Virus record (IMG/VR): IMGVR_UViG_3300049009_000874
Span: 96,001 to 160,000 of that record
Length of the DNA: 64,000 nucleotides
Strand: one strand, 5' to 3'
From: a virus
Taxonomy: Duplodnaviria > Caudoviricetes
How positions within the stretch are numbered: position 1 is the first letter of the stretch; each line of letters opens with the position of its first letter. The notes under the pieces were generated by a model. That model saw only the letters and a list, made by a program, of their open reading frames with translations, was not told the origin of the DNA and did not search any database. The translations under genes were made by a program, and so were the position numbers. Below, in pieces: positions 19,153 to 28,713 of the stretch.

Positions 19153-19917
19153 ATGTCGATTCAAAACGATACATATGGCAGCCACCAGAAAGCCTACATA
19201 AAAATGGATCGGCACCTGGGCGATTCCCTGGTGTGCCTCAACCTCATCTACAGTTACCACGTCAAGAACAATGTCGGCGTGCGTGTCTTCGGCTCCGGCA
19301 CCGTCAAGGATCTTTTCGACCTGTTCGATTTCGGGGGGATGACCTTCGGGGGAGGCTGGTCCGATTCCGTTGAGCCAGAGATTTGCATCAACGAGTTCCT
19401 CTCGAGGGGGGCGAACCCGGAATCGACTTTTCTGAGGAATCGTCATATGCGGTTCGATAAAAAATTGGGGTTCGACCCGAAATGGATAGTTCTCCCCAAG
19501 TGCAGGATAAAACGATTCGGGTGCAACCACAACGTCTATTTCCAGTTCGACTCCAGGTCGCCGAGAAACCACGGGAAGAAACCGTTGACGCCGACCGAAT
19601 GTCGCATGATCCTGAGCCAGAGGTCCACGAGGAATCCGATAGCCATAGGCGGCAAGGACACAAGGATATACCTAGGAGGCTATATGTACCACCTCGGCGA
19701 CCTTTTCGGAATCTCGAAAAAACTCCTCGGCTGCAGGAAGTTCATAGGGGTTGACAGCGGCATGTCGCATTTGGCTGGCACTCTCGGGGTGAAGTCGGAA
19801 ATAATAAACATGCACAACATCAGATCTGTCGAGCGCGAACTCATGGATTTCTACCGGGAAATGTACCCTTCGACGGTCTCCTTCAGAAGGCAGGATCTGC
19901 TCTCCAAATTGATTTGA
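19153..19917 (+). CDS. GT9 (heptosyltransferase)-like glycosyltransferase
   Basis: HLGDSL and FIGVDSGMSHLAGTLG. Confidence 0.75.
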   Translation: MSIQNDTYGSHQKAYIKMDRHLGDSLVCLNLIYSYHVKNNVGVRVFGSGTVKDLFDLFDFGGMTFGGGWSDSVEPEICINEFLSRGANPESTFLRNRHMRFDKKLGFDPKWIVLPKCRIKRFGCNHNVYFQFDSRSPRNHGKKPLTPTECRMILSQRSTRNPIAIGGKDTRIYLGGYMYHLGDLFGISKKLLGCRKFIGVDSGMSHLAGTLGVKSEIINMHNIRSVERELMDFYREMYPSTVSFRRQDLLSKLI

Positions 19918-19942
19918 CACGTAATCGACCTTTTGCTACCAT
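19914..19942 (+). promoter_or_regulatory. sigma-70-type promoter
   Basis: TTGACA-N17-TACCAT. Confidence 0.5.
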
Positions 19943-19974
19943 TATTCGGAATTCAAACCCGAACGGAGCTGTTT

Positions 19975-20424
19975 ATGCATTGCATCGCTTTGATACTTTT
20001 TCTCGCCTCAAACCAAACTGCCGACGAGGTAGCCACGAAAAACTTCTGGATAAATTTCAACGACATAATACACAAGTTCAACAAGACGGTTAACTCCAAT
20101 CCCTCGAAAGCCTCGGTCGAGATAAAGGAGACAATCGCGAAGATACGCTGCCTCCCGACCAAAAACGTCGACATGCTTGTCTTGAAGTACTCAGAGAAAA
20201 GAATAACGCTAGCCGTGGAATACGCCGATTTCATCGACTCCCTGAAGATCCCGGAAGACATACAGTTCTACAAGACCGAGTTCCCGATCAAGAGCCAGAG
20301 GGACAAATTCAGGGACAAGCAGAAGTACTACGACAGACTCCAGGAAAGGTACAAGGACATGGATTCCGAACAGAAGGTGCTGATAGCCTACCTTGATGAA
20401 AAGTACAAGATGAAGAGCAACTGA
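19975..20424 (+). CDS. hypothetical exported protein
   Basis: GGAG RBS; short hydrophobic N-terminus MHCIALILFLAS. Confidence 0.65.
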   Translation: MHCIALILFLASNQTADEVATKNFWINFNDIIHKFNKTVNSNPSKASVEIKETIAKIRCLPTKNVDMLVLKYSEKRITLAVEYADFIDSLKIPEDIQFYKTEFPIKSQRDKFRDKQKYYDRLQERYKDMDSEQKVLIAYLDEKYKMKSN

Positions 20425-20430
20425 TCACGG

Positions 20431-21252
20431 TCACTGGTCAAGGAAGACGGGACTCCTTATAATGTTCTCCCCGGTTCCTCCGCTTGTTTTATCTCCGATG
20501 TGTTGCACCAGAGACTCGACCGGCGAGAATATCATGCAATCGTTCATCATCGACCATTCCTTGACTATCATGTCGTAGGCGTTCAGAAAGTCGGGGCAAC
20601 TTGGCTCGACCTGCGTGGAACTCACCGAGTTGGTCACCTCCTCCATGAAATTCCTTATGTCTCTCAGAACCGACTTGGGATAGAATACCGCCTGGGTGCC
20701 AGCCCACGTCATCTTGGGAACCTGGAAGTAGTTCTTCGAAGACCTGCATTTGTTGTGCGACAGCAGGCTGAATATGTATTTTTCGTAACCGTCGTTCTCG
20801 ATCTCGTTCAGGCACACCAGCATCTTGCGGAACCAGTCGTTCTGGAAAACCACGTCATCCTCGAACACCAGGCTGTTCTCGTAATCCGAAACGCTCAGGC
20901 ATTTGATGTAATTGTAGCTAGCCATGAACTTCCTCGGGAATAACTTGAGGTTCGACCAGTTCTCCCTGTCCCAGCAGATTATACGGAGGTTCTTGTGGTG
21001 CTTGTATTTTTCGAGGTATCCCGACTGGTCGGAGGACACTATCAGGTTGATAAGGTAGTTGTTTGGCATGCCGCCGAGAAGCATGCTCGCTAGCGTGCTG
21101 TGGACATATCCTTCCGGTCTGTCTACTGTCGAGACCACCACGTTCATCCTCAATTGGGACGACAAGGACTTTGGCGTGAAGTCGGCGTCAGCCAATCCTT
21201 CCGGAAGGCTGACCCTGACCTTGCAATCCATCCTCTTAGGTTTGATCAACAT
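20431..21252 (-). CDS. GT-A fold glycosyltransferase (GT25/GT54-like)
   Basis: TVDRP..Y..STL, LVFEDDV, YD, SLVQHIG. Confidence 0.75.
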   Translation of the reverse strand: MLIKPKRMDCKVRVSLPEGLADADFTPKSLSSQLRMNVVVSTVDRPEGYVHSTLASMLLGGMPNNYLINLIVSSDQSGYLEKYKHHKNLRIICWDRENWSNLKLFPRKFMASYNYIKCLSVSDYENSLVFEDDVVFQNDWFRKMLVCLNEIENDGYEKYIFSLLSHNKCRSSKNYFQVPKMTWAGTQAVFYPKSVLRDIRNFMEEVTNSVSSTQVEPSCPDFLNAYDMIVKEWSMMNDCMIFSPVESLVQHIGDKTSGGTGENIIRSPVFLDQ

Positions 21253-21269
21253 GCATATAATCTAGTCAG

Positions 21270-21656
21270 TTACTTGAGGTTTTTGAGCTTGTAAATGGTT
21301 TGGTAGGTCAAAGCCATAATCTCGTCGAGTATGTTGTGGAGGTGGGTGTCGTCTTGGTCGAGTCTTTTCCTTCCATCCTTGACGCTGTCGGCGAAACCTT
21401 CCATGTATTCCAGTATGTCCTTGGACTCGAGGATGCAAGAGTTATAGCCGGAAATGATGCCGTACTGACCCTGGTACGTCTCCACGAAGGTGTCCGCGAG
21501 ACCAAGGATCCCATCGTAGAAAGAGCCAAGAGCATTGTGCTCCGCGTAGCTCTTGGTCTGAAGGTGAGCCACGTGAGCCACGTTTCTGGCTTCGAAAAAC
21601 TTTGCCACAAGGTCTTTGACCTTGCTTCCCGACCTGAACTCGTTGATGCTTTTCAT
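21270..21656 (-). CDS. DUF5856 / ferritin(Dps)-like four-helix protein
   Basis: HLQTKSYAEHNALGSFYD...ADTFVETYQG...NILDEI...TIYKL. Confidence 0.8.
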   Translation of the reverse strand: MKSINEFRSGSKVKDLVAKFFEARNVAHVAHLQTKSYAEHNALGSFYDGILGLADTFVETYQGQYGIISGYNSCILESKDILEYMEGFADSVKDGRKRLDQDDTHLHNILDEIMALTYQTIYKLKNLK

Positions 21657-21721
21657 GTTGATTTTTCCTCGGTTTGGATTTAATGTATGTATTCGTCCAC
21701 GAATTTTTTTTAGGGGCAAAC

Positions 21722-22825
21722 ATGAACTGGATAGCGCCAATATTGACCGTTGTTGGCTTGGGCGTCGGATTTTGGGCTGTGGTGAGGTACATAGTCCTTT
21801 TCGACCTAAGGGTCGACAACAACACTTTCAGGACGATATACGAGTTGATCGAGAAGGAGGGGCAGTTCGTCATCGAGGAGGAGTTCTTCTCGGAGAAAAG
21901 GCATCCCGTGGTCTACAAGTCCATATGCTTCATGGAAGGAGTGCCGTGGTTCTACATCGCTCACTCCGAGAGGCTCTTGCAAGCCGGCTTCCAGGGCAAA
22001 GACCTTGTCACATCCATAACCTGCTTCAGGTGGAACCACTCGAAAATCAAGCGTTTCCTGTCCGAAAAACTGAAGTCCATGCAGCTCTCCACGTTCGGAG
22101 TCCCGGTCAGGGTCGCTTCGCCATGGCAGACAGACAAGATCGGCTCGATAAAGACCGCCGACAATCCAGTCGTCGACGAGTCTCTGTGGCTTGATTTCTG
22201 CGAGGAGGTCGGGGAGGTGGCAAGGGGAGTATTGCCGAAGACCGGGGCGATACTCTACGGCGACCCCGGCAACGGAAAGACTTCTCTGGTCAAGTATCTC
22301 GCGGTGAAATACCAGATGCCCATAACGATAATAACGTTCGTGCCGGAATTCACGAACATGGACATCATGTTCATGTTCTCGCAGATAGGAAACAACTGCA
22401 TCGTGCTTCTGGAGGATTTCGACAACTACTTCGACAAGAGAAGGTGCATAATAGGCGAGAGCGGGCAGGGCGGCAACAACATGGGCATAAAATTCACATT
22501 CGATTCTATACTCAATTGCCTGGACGGGGTCTACAACAACTATGAGGGCGTCGTCTTCATCATGACCGCCAACGACATAGGCAAGATAGACGACTCGCTC
22601 AAGAACAGACCCAGCAGATTCAAGTACGTGAGGAACTTCTCCAACCCGTCGCCAGTCGTGAGGGAGAATCTCATAGGGGAATGGTCTCGGCATTTCGGCG
22701 GGTTGAACCTGGACCAGATCATGAGGGTGAGGGAATGCAAGACCAACGGCATGACGGTCAACGAAGCCAAGTCGAAGATCAATTTCGAGGCGGTCCAAGA
22801 CCGTGAGGTCACGAGTGAGACCTAG
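21722..22825 (+). CDS. membrane-anchored AAA+ ATPase (BCS1-like)
   Basis: N-terminal TM helix, YGDPGNGKTS, VLLEDFD, LNCLDG, MTAN, RPSRF. Confidence 0.88.
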   Translation: MNWIAPILTVVGLGVGFWAVVRYIVLFDLRVDNNTFRTIYELIEKEGQFVIEEEFFSEKRHPVVYKSICFMEGVPWFYIAHSERLLQAGFQGKDLVTSITCFRWNHSKIKRFLSEKLKSMQLSTFGVPVRVASPWQTDKIGSIKTADNPVVDESLWLDFCEEVGEVARGVLPKTGAILYGDPGNGKTSLVKYLAVKYQMPITIITFVPEFTNMDIMFMFSQIGNNCIVLLEDFDNYFDKRRCIIGESGQGGNNMGIKFTFDSILNCLDGVYNNYEGVVFIMTANDIGKIDDSLKNRPSRFKYVRNFSNPSPVVRENLIGEWSRHFGGLNLDQIMRVRECKTNGMTVNEAKSKINFEAVQDREVTSET

Positions 22826-24621
22826 CGGATCGTCCTTTCCTTTCGGCGGACGAAACTCTCGTACGTGTACATGTTCTCGTCAGGGCTAGCGCTCTTGCTT
22901 GTTTTAGCCGGCGCTTGACGCTTCTGTTCTTTCCCGGACTTGTCGCCGGAAGCTGCACCAGCGACCGCCCCTCCTATAGCCCCGCCGGTGGCGGCTGAGT
23001 GAACGATGATTTTGGTGTCCAATTCGATGGGCTTGTCAGGATAGTATCCGATGTCTTTGAAATATTTTATTTGATCGAATTTCTCGATTTCTGCCGTTAG
23101 TCCTTGGTTTTTGAGTTCGGCGGATAGATCCGCGTATGCCTTGTCCATCATTTCCTTGACCGACAGTTGGGTGCCGTCGACATCGACAGGACTCATCGTC
23201 GCGTGAAACTTTATAAAGAGCGTGTCTGGTCCGAGCGTCTTGTCCACCAGCTTGTTGAGAGAGACGCTGGTGAATGTGTCCTTGAACACCAATTGGTCGC
23301 TTATCTTGTCGAGCGTTGCCTGCGATACGTCAGAATGAGAGAAAACCGCAGCCGGATCGGTTTTTCCGACCCAATCATCAGGAACTCCCTCTTGGTCGTG
23401 AGTGTGAGTTTTAGAATAAGCGAACGTCGAGGCTGGAACCTCGTCTCCTACTTCGCCACGCCAAGGTTTGTCTCCGGTGTTGCTGTAGTGGTTGTCTCCA
23501 TGAAAATGGTAATTTCCGTCCTCGTCCTTGACGTAATCCATCTTGAAGTTCTTGTGAATCCAATCCATGTCCTCCTGGGGGGCGACTTCTTTAACGGTGT
23601 TCGCAGCCATCGCGTCGACGCCCTTCCCTATGCCATATCCTATCAGAGAGCCCACGCCCATGAGGAACAGGACTTTTCCTATCTTTAATTTGTTCTCGTT
23701 TGCGAACTTGGACATGGACCCGAATGATTTGCTGATCAGGTTCTTGGTGTTCACCGTGTAATTGGTCGCCTTCCCGGCTACCGAACCGAGAGCCTTTCCG
23801 AATCTCTCCCCGGACCTTTTCAGTCCTCCCTCTTGAGCCCATTTCTTCGCCTGGCTCGCCTTTTTGCCTATGTACTCTTCACCCGATGACACCTTGTTCC
23901 CTAGCCAGTTCCCAGCCTGCTTCACCTTGTCTCCGAAATAACCCTCTTGGATGTCTCGCATGTCACTGTATGAAGAGAAGTCCGTCCAAGCGAGCTGCGG
24001 CGTTGGCGTCGCTGCGTTCTGGGTCGCCCCAGTCTGGTTCGCGCCCTTCATCGCGTTCTGGACCATCCCGGCGCCCTTCTGAGCCATTTCGACGCCCTTG
24101 TCGTAAACGTTGCCGGCGATCTTGTTGACTGGCTTCCTCACGAAGTACATGAGCGCAGCCATCGGCACGGCTGCGGGTCCGCCAACCATGCCAGCCAGAA
24201 GGATGGATGTAGCCAGGGGAATCGATATCCCGAGCTTTGTTGCGTAATCAGCGGCAGCCTTCCTAGCCTTTTCCATGTGCGGCGTGACTTTGCCGCTGTA
24301 TTTCTCCAGAGTGTCTTTCAAGAGGTTGTCGTTGTTTTTGTTTCTGGTATCGGAGTAACCTTGTTGCGCCCCGGAAACAGCGGACTTCCCGAAGTCCATG
24401 ATGCCCTTGCCGATCCCAGAAGCGACGGAGCCGATCCCAGAAGCGACGGACTTGGCTTTTTTCCACCAGTCGCCTATGGCTTCGTTGACCACCTCGTCGT
24501 TTCCGAATTTCGAGTATACCTCGAACAACAGCTCATCGCTCAATCCCACGCCTCTGCGCTCAAGATATGAAATGACATTGTTCCTTTTGATTCCGTTGAT
24601 ATGTTCCATGAATGTATTCAT
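22822..24621 (-). CDS. large putative virion/internal protein (paralog of 33092-34795)
   Basis: N-terminus FGNDEVVNEAIGDW shared with 33092; two Gly/Ala hydrophobic segments. Confidence 0.8.
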   Translation of the reverse strand: MNTFMEHINGIKRNNVISYLERRGVGLSDELLFEVYSKFGNDEVVNEAIGDWWKKAKSVASGIGSVASGIGKGIMDFGKSAVSGAQQGYSDTRNKNNDNLLKDTLEKYSGKVTPHMEKARKAAADYATKLGISIPLATSILLAGMVGGPAAVPMAALMYFVRKPVNKIAGNVYDKGVEMAQKGAGMVQNAMKGANQTGATQNAATPTPQLAWTDFSSYSDMRDIQEGYFGDKVKQAGNWLGNKVSSGEEYIGKKASQAKKWAQEGGLKRSGERFGKALGSVAGKATNYTVNTKNLISKSFGSMSKFANENKLKIGKVLFLMGVGSLIGYGIGKGVDAMAANTVKEVAPQEDMDWIHKNFKMDYVKDEDGNYHFHGDNHYSNTGDKPWRGEVGDEVPASTFAYSKTHTHDQEGVPDDWVGKTDPAAVFSHSDVSQATLDKISDQLVFKDTFTSVSLNKLVDKTLGPDTLFIKFHATMSPVDVDGTQLSVKEMMDKAYADLSAELKNQGLTAEIEKFDQIKYFKDIGYYPDKPIELDTKIIVHSAATGGAIGGAVAGAASGDKSGKEQKRQAPAKTSKSASPDENMYTYESFVRRKERTIR

Positions 24622-24648
24622 TTTTTTTCCCAGTTAAACTGTTTTCGA

Positions 24649-24656
24649 TATCTATG
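24649..24656 (-). promoter_or_regulatory. putative late promoter box
   Basis: CATAGATA ~28 nt upstream of 24621 start. Confidence 0.5.
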
Positions 24657-24671
24657 TTTCAATTATTGCAT

Positions 24672-25535
24672 TTATATGCCATTTCCGCCGTTATTGAAGC
24701 CGCTGCCCCCACCGAACTGACCGCCAAAGCCACCTTGCACTCCAGTTCTGCCGCCCATGCCATATCCGACCAGACCGCCAAAGCCACCACCTTGTCCATA
24801 ACCGCCGAACTGACTGAAGCCACCGCCCTGACCGTAGCCGCCACTTTGAAACGCTGAACCGCCCACACCAGATATGATGCCTTGCATTGCCATTTGATAA
24901 AATGGATTGTCCATGCCGATAGCTTGTCCGCCAGTTCCGCTGCCCTGACCAAATCCACCGCCACCAAAGGTTATATTTACACCGCCACCGCCTTGTCCGA
25001 AACCACCGCCTTGTCCGAAACCACCGCCTTGTCCGAAACCACCGCCTTGTCCGAAACCACCGCCTTGTCCGAAGCCACCGCCTTGTCCGAAGCCACCGCC
25101 TTGTCCGAAGCCACCGCCTTGTCCGAAGCCACCACCCTGACCGAAGCCGCCGCCTTGTCCGAAGCCACCGCCTTGTCCGAAGCCGCCGCCACCTGTAGAA
25201 AGTGGAATTTGATAAAGTTGCGAGATTTGCATTCCGGGAGCGTTGTTTTGGGTGTATTGTGCGGTACCTTGAATTCCCCCGGTACTTTGTTGGAAACCGC
25301 CACCGTACTGACCGCCGCCACTAGAACTGCTTCCTGTGTTGAAATTTACATTTTGGTTGGCGATCTGAGGTTGAACTGTATTGTTCAGCGCCGGAGGCTG
25401 TTGCGGTCTTGCCGGCAAAATGACTCTGTATTTTTGCGCCGAAGATTCAGAGGTCGCAAAAAAGATTACAAAAATGGCTAGGAACGAATTTTTCCTTGTA
25501 ATTAGTCTCATGTGTTTTCCTTTGTAATTACTCAT
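24672..25535 (-). CDS. secreted Gly/Phe/Gln-rich low-complexity protein
   Basis: Signal-peptide-like N-terminus; 11 tandem GGGFGQ. Confidence 0.8.
   Translation of the reverse strand: MSNYKGKHMRLITRKNSFLAIFVIFFATSESSAQKYRVILPARPQQPPALNNTVQPQIANQNVNFNTGSSSSGGGQYGGGFQQSTGGIQGTAQYTQNNAPGMQISQLYQIPLSTGGGGFGQGGGFGQGGGFGQGGGFGQGGGFGQGGGFGQGGGFGQGGGFGQGGGFGQGGGFGQGGGFGQGGGGVNITFGGGGFGQGSGTGGQAIGMDNPFYQMAMQGIISGVGGSAFQSGGYGQGGGFSQFGGYGQGGGFGGLVGYGMGGRTGVQGGFGGQFGGGSGFNNGGNGI
24987..25188. repeat. 18-bp tandem repeat, ~11 copies (GGGFGQ)
   Basis: ACCGCCTTGTCCGAA[A/G]CC units. Confidence 0.95.
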
Positions 25536-25619
25536 TTGTATATATGTTCAAAAACAATAAATCCGTCACAATGAGAGATGTCTTTTGCTCGTCTTCTATT
25601 GTGATGTGGGGATAATGTC

Positions 25620-26324
25620 ATGTCAGAAGAAACAAAAGACGATTTTCTGGTCTACGGACTTCCCAGGAGCGGAACAAACTATCTTGAGTTCATGCTGACA
25701 AGAAACTTGAATGTTTCTTGTCCGACAAACATGTACGAATGGAAGCACGGACCCATAGAGCAGAATAGATGCAAGTTCTTCATCATATACAAAGACCCGT
25801 TCTCTTGGATTAACTCCATGTATGTATACAACCAGAAATATGACCTTTGTCTCAATAAACATCGAAGCATTTCCAGCTTCATACGCGGCGAGATGGTATT
25901 GGACGAGAGGGCGTTCAATTCGAGATGGTACATCAAAGGGAATCCAGTAAGAATATACAACGACATGATCGGTCATTATGCCAGCAACTCGAGCGGCTTG
26001 AACTGCGGCGTATTGAACTACGAGAGTTTCATGGTCGATTCTTTCGATTCCATGCGCAAAGTATGCTCGGCAGCCAACGCCGAGATGCCAAGCAGCCTGG
26101 TTTACCCGAAAGATCCTATATTCAATGAACTTGTTGGAATCGACGCCGTAAACCATGAGTTTTACGAGAATAAAAATTTCTACACCAACAGGTCCTACAT
26201 GATGCATTTCGGCAAGGATGACGTCAAGTTCGTTTCAAGAAGGATAAACAGAGAGAATCTGAGGAAGATAAGGTCGCTCGCGGTAAACCTGAAGCTCGAG
26301 TCCAAGAATTTGCTCAAAAGTTAA
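25620..26324 (+). CDS. sulfotransferase-like protein
   Basis: PAPS loop VYGLPRSGTNYL, WKHG, KDPFSWINS, NYESF. Confidence 0.8.
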   Translation: MSEETKDDFLVYGLPRSGTNYLEFMLTRNLNVSCPTNMYEWKHGPIEQNRCKFFIIYKDPFSWINSMYVYNQKYDLCLNKHRSISSFIRGEMVLDERAFNSRWYIKGNPVRIYNDMIGHYASNSSGLNCGVLNYESFMVDSFDSMRKVCSAANAEMPSSLVYPKDPIFNELVGIDAVNHEFYENKNFYTNRSYMMHFGKDDVKFVSRRINRENLRKIRSLAVNLKLESKNLLKS

Positions 26325-26327
26325 GGT

Positions 26328-26642
26328 TCATGTCCAGATGATGTAGTAGAGAAGAAAGAGCTGGAACATCAGAAGGGCGCTGCCGACGACGAACCCCTTG
26401 GTTGCGTTCGACAGGAATATCTTCTTCCATATCATCAGCGACAAGCAGGTCCCGAACATCTTCGCCGCCGAGAACAACGCTATCGATCCGTTGTCCATCT
26501 CTATCAGCCAAACCCCTATCGGATTCTTTTCCTCATTTATTATGACTTGCTGGAATCTTATTATCAGATATAGGTCTACCGCACCGATCGAAAGTATTGC
26601 GATGAAGACGAACCAGAAAAATGAGTTTTGTATCTTTGACAT
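26328..26642 (-). CDS. small membrane protein (DUF5658-like)
   Basis: Three hydrophobic helices, D.YL...EKNPIG...K motif. Confidence 0.6.
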   Translation of the reverse strand: MSKIQNSFFWFVFIAILSIGAVDLYLIIRFQQVIINEEKNPIGVWLIEMDNGSIALFSAAKMFGTCLSLMIWKKIFLSNATKGFVVGSALLMFQLFLLYYIIWT

Positions 26643-26671
26643 TCTTTTATCTACTTTGAAAAACTAAATAT

Positions 26672-27469
26672 TTGAGGTTAAAGTTTGATTTATATTTCGC
26701 AAGGCTGAAAATGAAGTATGGAAGCAGAATAAAAGCTTGGGTAGACGACACGCATCATCTTGGCGACGTGATCATGGCTCTCAACGTGCTGTACAACATA
26801 GCGAGGGAGAGGGGCGAGACGATCAACGTCAGGGTCGCAAACAAGCATCTTGCGAGCCAGTTGTGCTCGATATTCGACTACGAGAAGAATCTCGAGTTCA
26901 CCAGCAGCAACGGCGGCAAATTCGTTCATTTCTGCGTGGCGAGACACATAGGCATCAAAGACGTCAGCGCGAGGTTTTGCCACATGTCTCTGGGGGGTAT
27001 ATCCGACATCGACTACGGTATGGTAAATGGCTTCGAACTCCCGAAATGCATCATAAAGCCAGAGCGCAACTTGGACGAGCGCTGTTTCCAGATGGACGGA
27101 CGGTCTCCCTGGAGCGGGAAGCCAAGGATGAGACGCTTCGAGATGATGCAGATCATCCAGATGTTCGGCAAGGGCAAAGCCACCTGCATAGGCGGACCAG
27201 GGACAAGCAGATACGTGGACCATCCCGATTTATACGTGTCCGACCTGATCGGTCTGTCCAGAAGGATCTTGGGGAGCAACGGGTTTTTCGGGGCAGACAG
27301 CGGAATGTCGCACCTGGCTGGAACGCTGCAGGTTCCGGGAGATATCGTGGTCCAGTCGACCGACGAAGATCTGAGATACAGCGAATGCGTCCATCGAGTG
27401 TACAACAGTATATATCCGACGCTGAGGACTCATAAAAGAACGATAATCAAGCATTTTCCTTTACTTTGA
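26672..27469 (+). CDS. GT9-like glycosyltransferase (paralog of 19153-19917)
   Basis: HLGDVI, FQMDGRS, FFGADSGMSHLAGTL. Confidence 0.75.
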   Translation: MRLKFDLYFARLKMKYGSRIKAWVDDTHHLGDVIMALNVLYNIARERGETINVRVANKHLASQLCSIFDYEKNLEFTSSNGGKFVHFCVARHIGIKDVSARFCHMSLGGISDIDYGMVNGFELPKCIIKPERNLDERCFQMDGRSPWSGKPRMRRFEMMQIIQMFGKGKATCIGGPGTSRYVDHPDLYVSDLIGLSRRILGSNGFFGADSGMSHLAGTLQVPGDIVVQSTDEDLRYSECVHRVYNSIYPTLRTHKRTIIKHFPLL

Positions 27470-27596
27470 CCTGAAAGTTTGTATCATTTAATTTTTAAAT
27501 GAAATGCGAAGGTGTTCGTATCGTCCGTTTTCGTTAACTGTGAAATTTTTGACAACCAAGCATCAAGGACGATGGCAACACACACCGAGGGATCGA

Positions 27597-28652
27597 ATGC
27601 GAAAACTGGTAGCTCTTGACCTCTTCTCCGGCGCCGGAGGACTGTCTTTCGGTCTAAAGTCAGCCGGCATAGACGTGGCTATGGCAAACGAGTTCAATTC
27701 CGTTTTCTGCGACACGTACGCAGCCAACCACCCAAGTACGAAACTATTGAGGTCGGACATACGTGAACTGAACTTCAGGGAAGAGATCCGAAACATCGGA
27801 CTGGAATCGGTCGACCTCGTGTGCGGGGGACCCCCATGCCAAGGGTTCAGCACGGTGGGCAAGAAGGACTTCCACGACGACAGGAATTCCCTGTTCCGTG
27901 AGTTCCTGCGAGCAGTAAGAGAGACAAGCCCGAGTTTCGTCGTGTTCGAGAACGTCTCCGGCTTCATGACGATGTACGGCGGCTTCGCCTACAGCGCCCT
28001 GACCTCCGAACTGGGGGCGATGGGATACAATCTGTCGTCGTCGGTCTTGGACATAGCCGACTACGGTCTCCCCCAAAGGAGGAAAAGGACCATCGTGCTA
28101 GGTTGCAGGGATTCCGTTTGCGGCATCCCGACTCCGACCCACGGCAAGCACCTCACCATCATGGACGCCATAGGAGACATGCCGCCGCTAGCCCCGGGGG
28201 AATCGAGCGACAAATACCTCTGCGCCCCGCAGAACGAATACCAATCCGAGATGAGGATCGGGACGCCCGGTCTGACCGAGCACAACGCCTCCGAGTATGG
28301 CGCGAAGATGGTCGAGATACTGGCGAGCATACCAGCCGGAGGGTCCTTGTCCGACCTCCCCGCCCATCTCAGACCGAATTCCGCTTTCGCCAACACCTAC
28401 GCGAGGCTCTTTCCTGACAAGCCGTCGCCGACCATAACGAGGAACTTCGGAACGCCGTCCTCATCCAGGTGTGTCCACCCTTACGGGAACAGGGCTCTTT
28501 CCACCAGGGAGGGAGCCAGGCTGCAGGGATTCCCCGACCGCTACATTTTCTGCGGCGGCAAGACGAGCAAGAACCTCCAGATAGGAAACTCCGTCCCCCC
28601 GATCCTCGGAAGGGTCATTGGGGAGGCTATAACATCTCATTGTTCGGTTTGA
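27597..28652 (+). CDS. DNA (cytosine-5) methyltransferase
   Basis: DLFSGAGG, GGPPCQGFS, ENV, Q.RKR, QIGNSVPP. Confidence 0.96.
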   Translation: MRKLVALDLFSGAGGLSFGLKSAGIDVAMANEFNSVFCDTYAANHPSTKLLRSDIRELNFREEIRNIGLESVDLVCGGPPCQGFSTVGKKDFHDDRNSLFREFLRAVRETSPSFVVFENVSGFMTMYGGFAYSALTSELGAMGYNLSSSVLDIADYGLPQRRKRTIVLGCRDSVCGIPTPTHGKHLTIMDAIGDMPPLAPGESSDKYLCAPQNEYQSEMRIGTPGLTEHNASEYGAKMVEILASIPAGGSLSDLPAHLRPNSAFANTYARLFPDKPSPTITRNFGTPSSSRCVHPYGNRALSTREGARLQGFPDRYIFCGGKTSKNLQIGNSVPPILGRVIGEAITSHCSV

Positions 28653-28713
28653 CATAGACGTACAATCTTTTTTAAATTAAAATGCCACGACCTTAATTCA
28701 AAGAGAGATTATC

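Noticed and set aside
21806-22798. Long antisense and alternate-frame ORFs (also 29977-30858, 30354-31322, 33077-34291, 57343-58338)
   Set aside because: They shadow genes with clear motifs and are expected from strong C/G-ending codon bias; no recognisable domains.
24882-25481. TALSE-repeat ORF on the plus strand
   Set aside because: Mirror of the GGGFGQ repeat; the minus-strand ORF has a signal-like N-terminus and an upstream promoter box.
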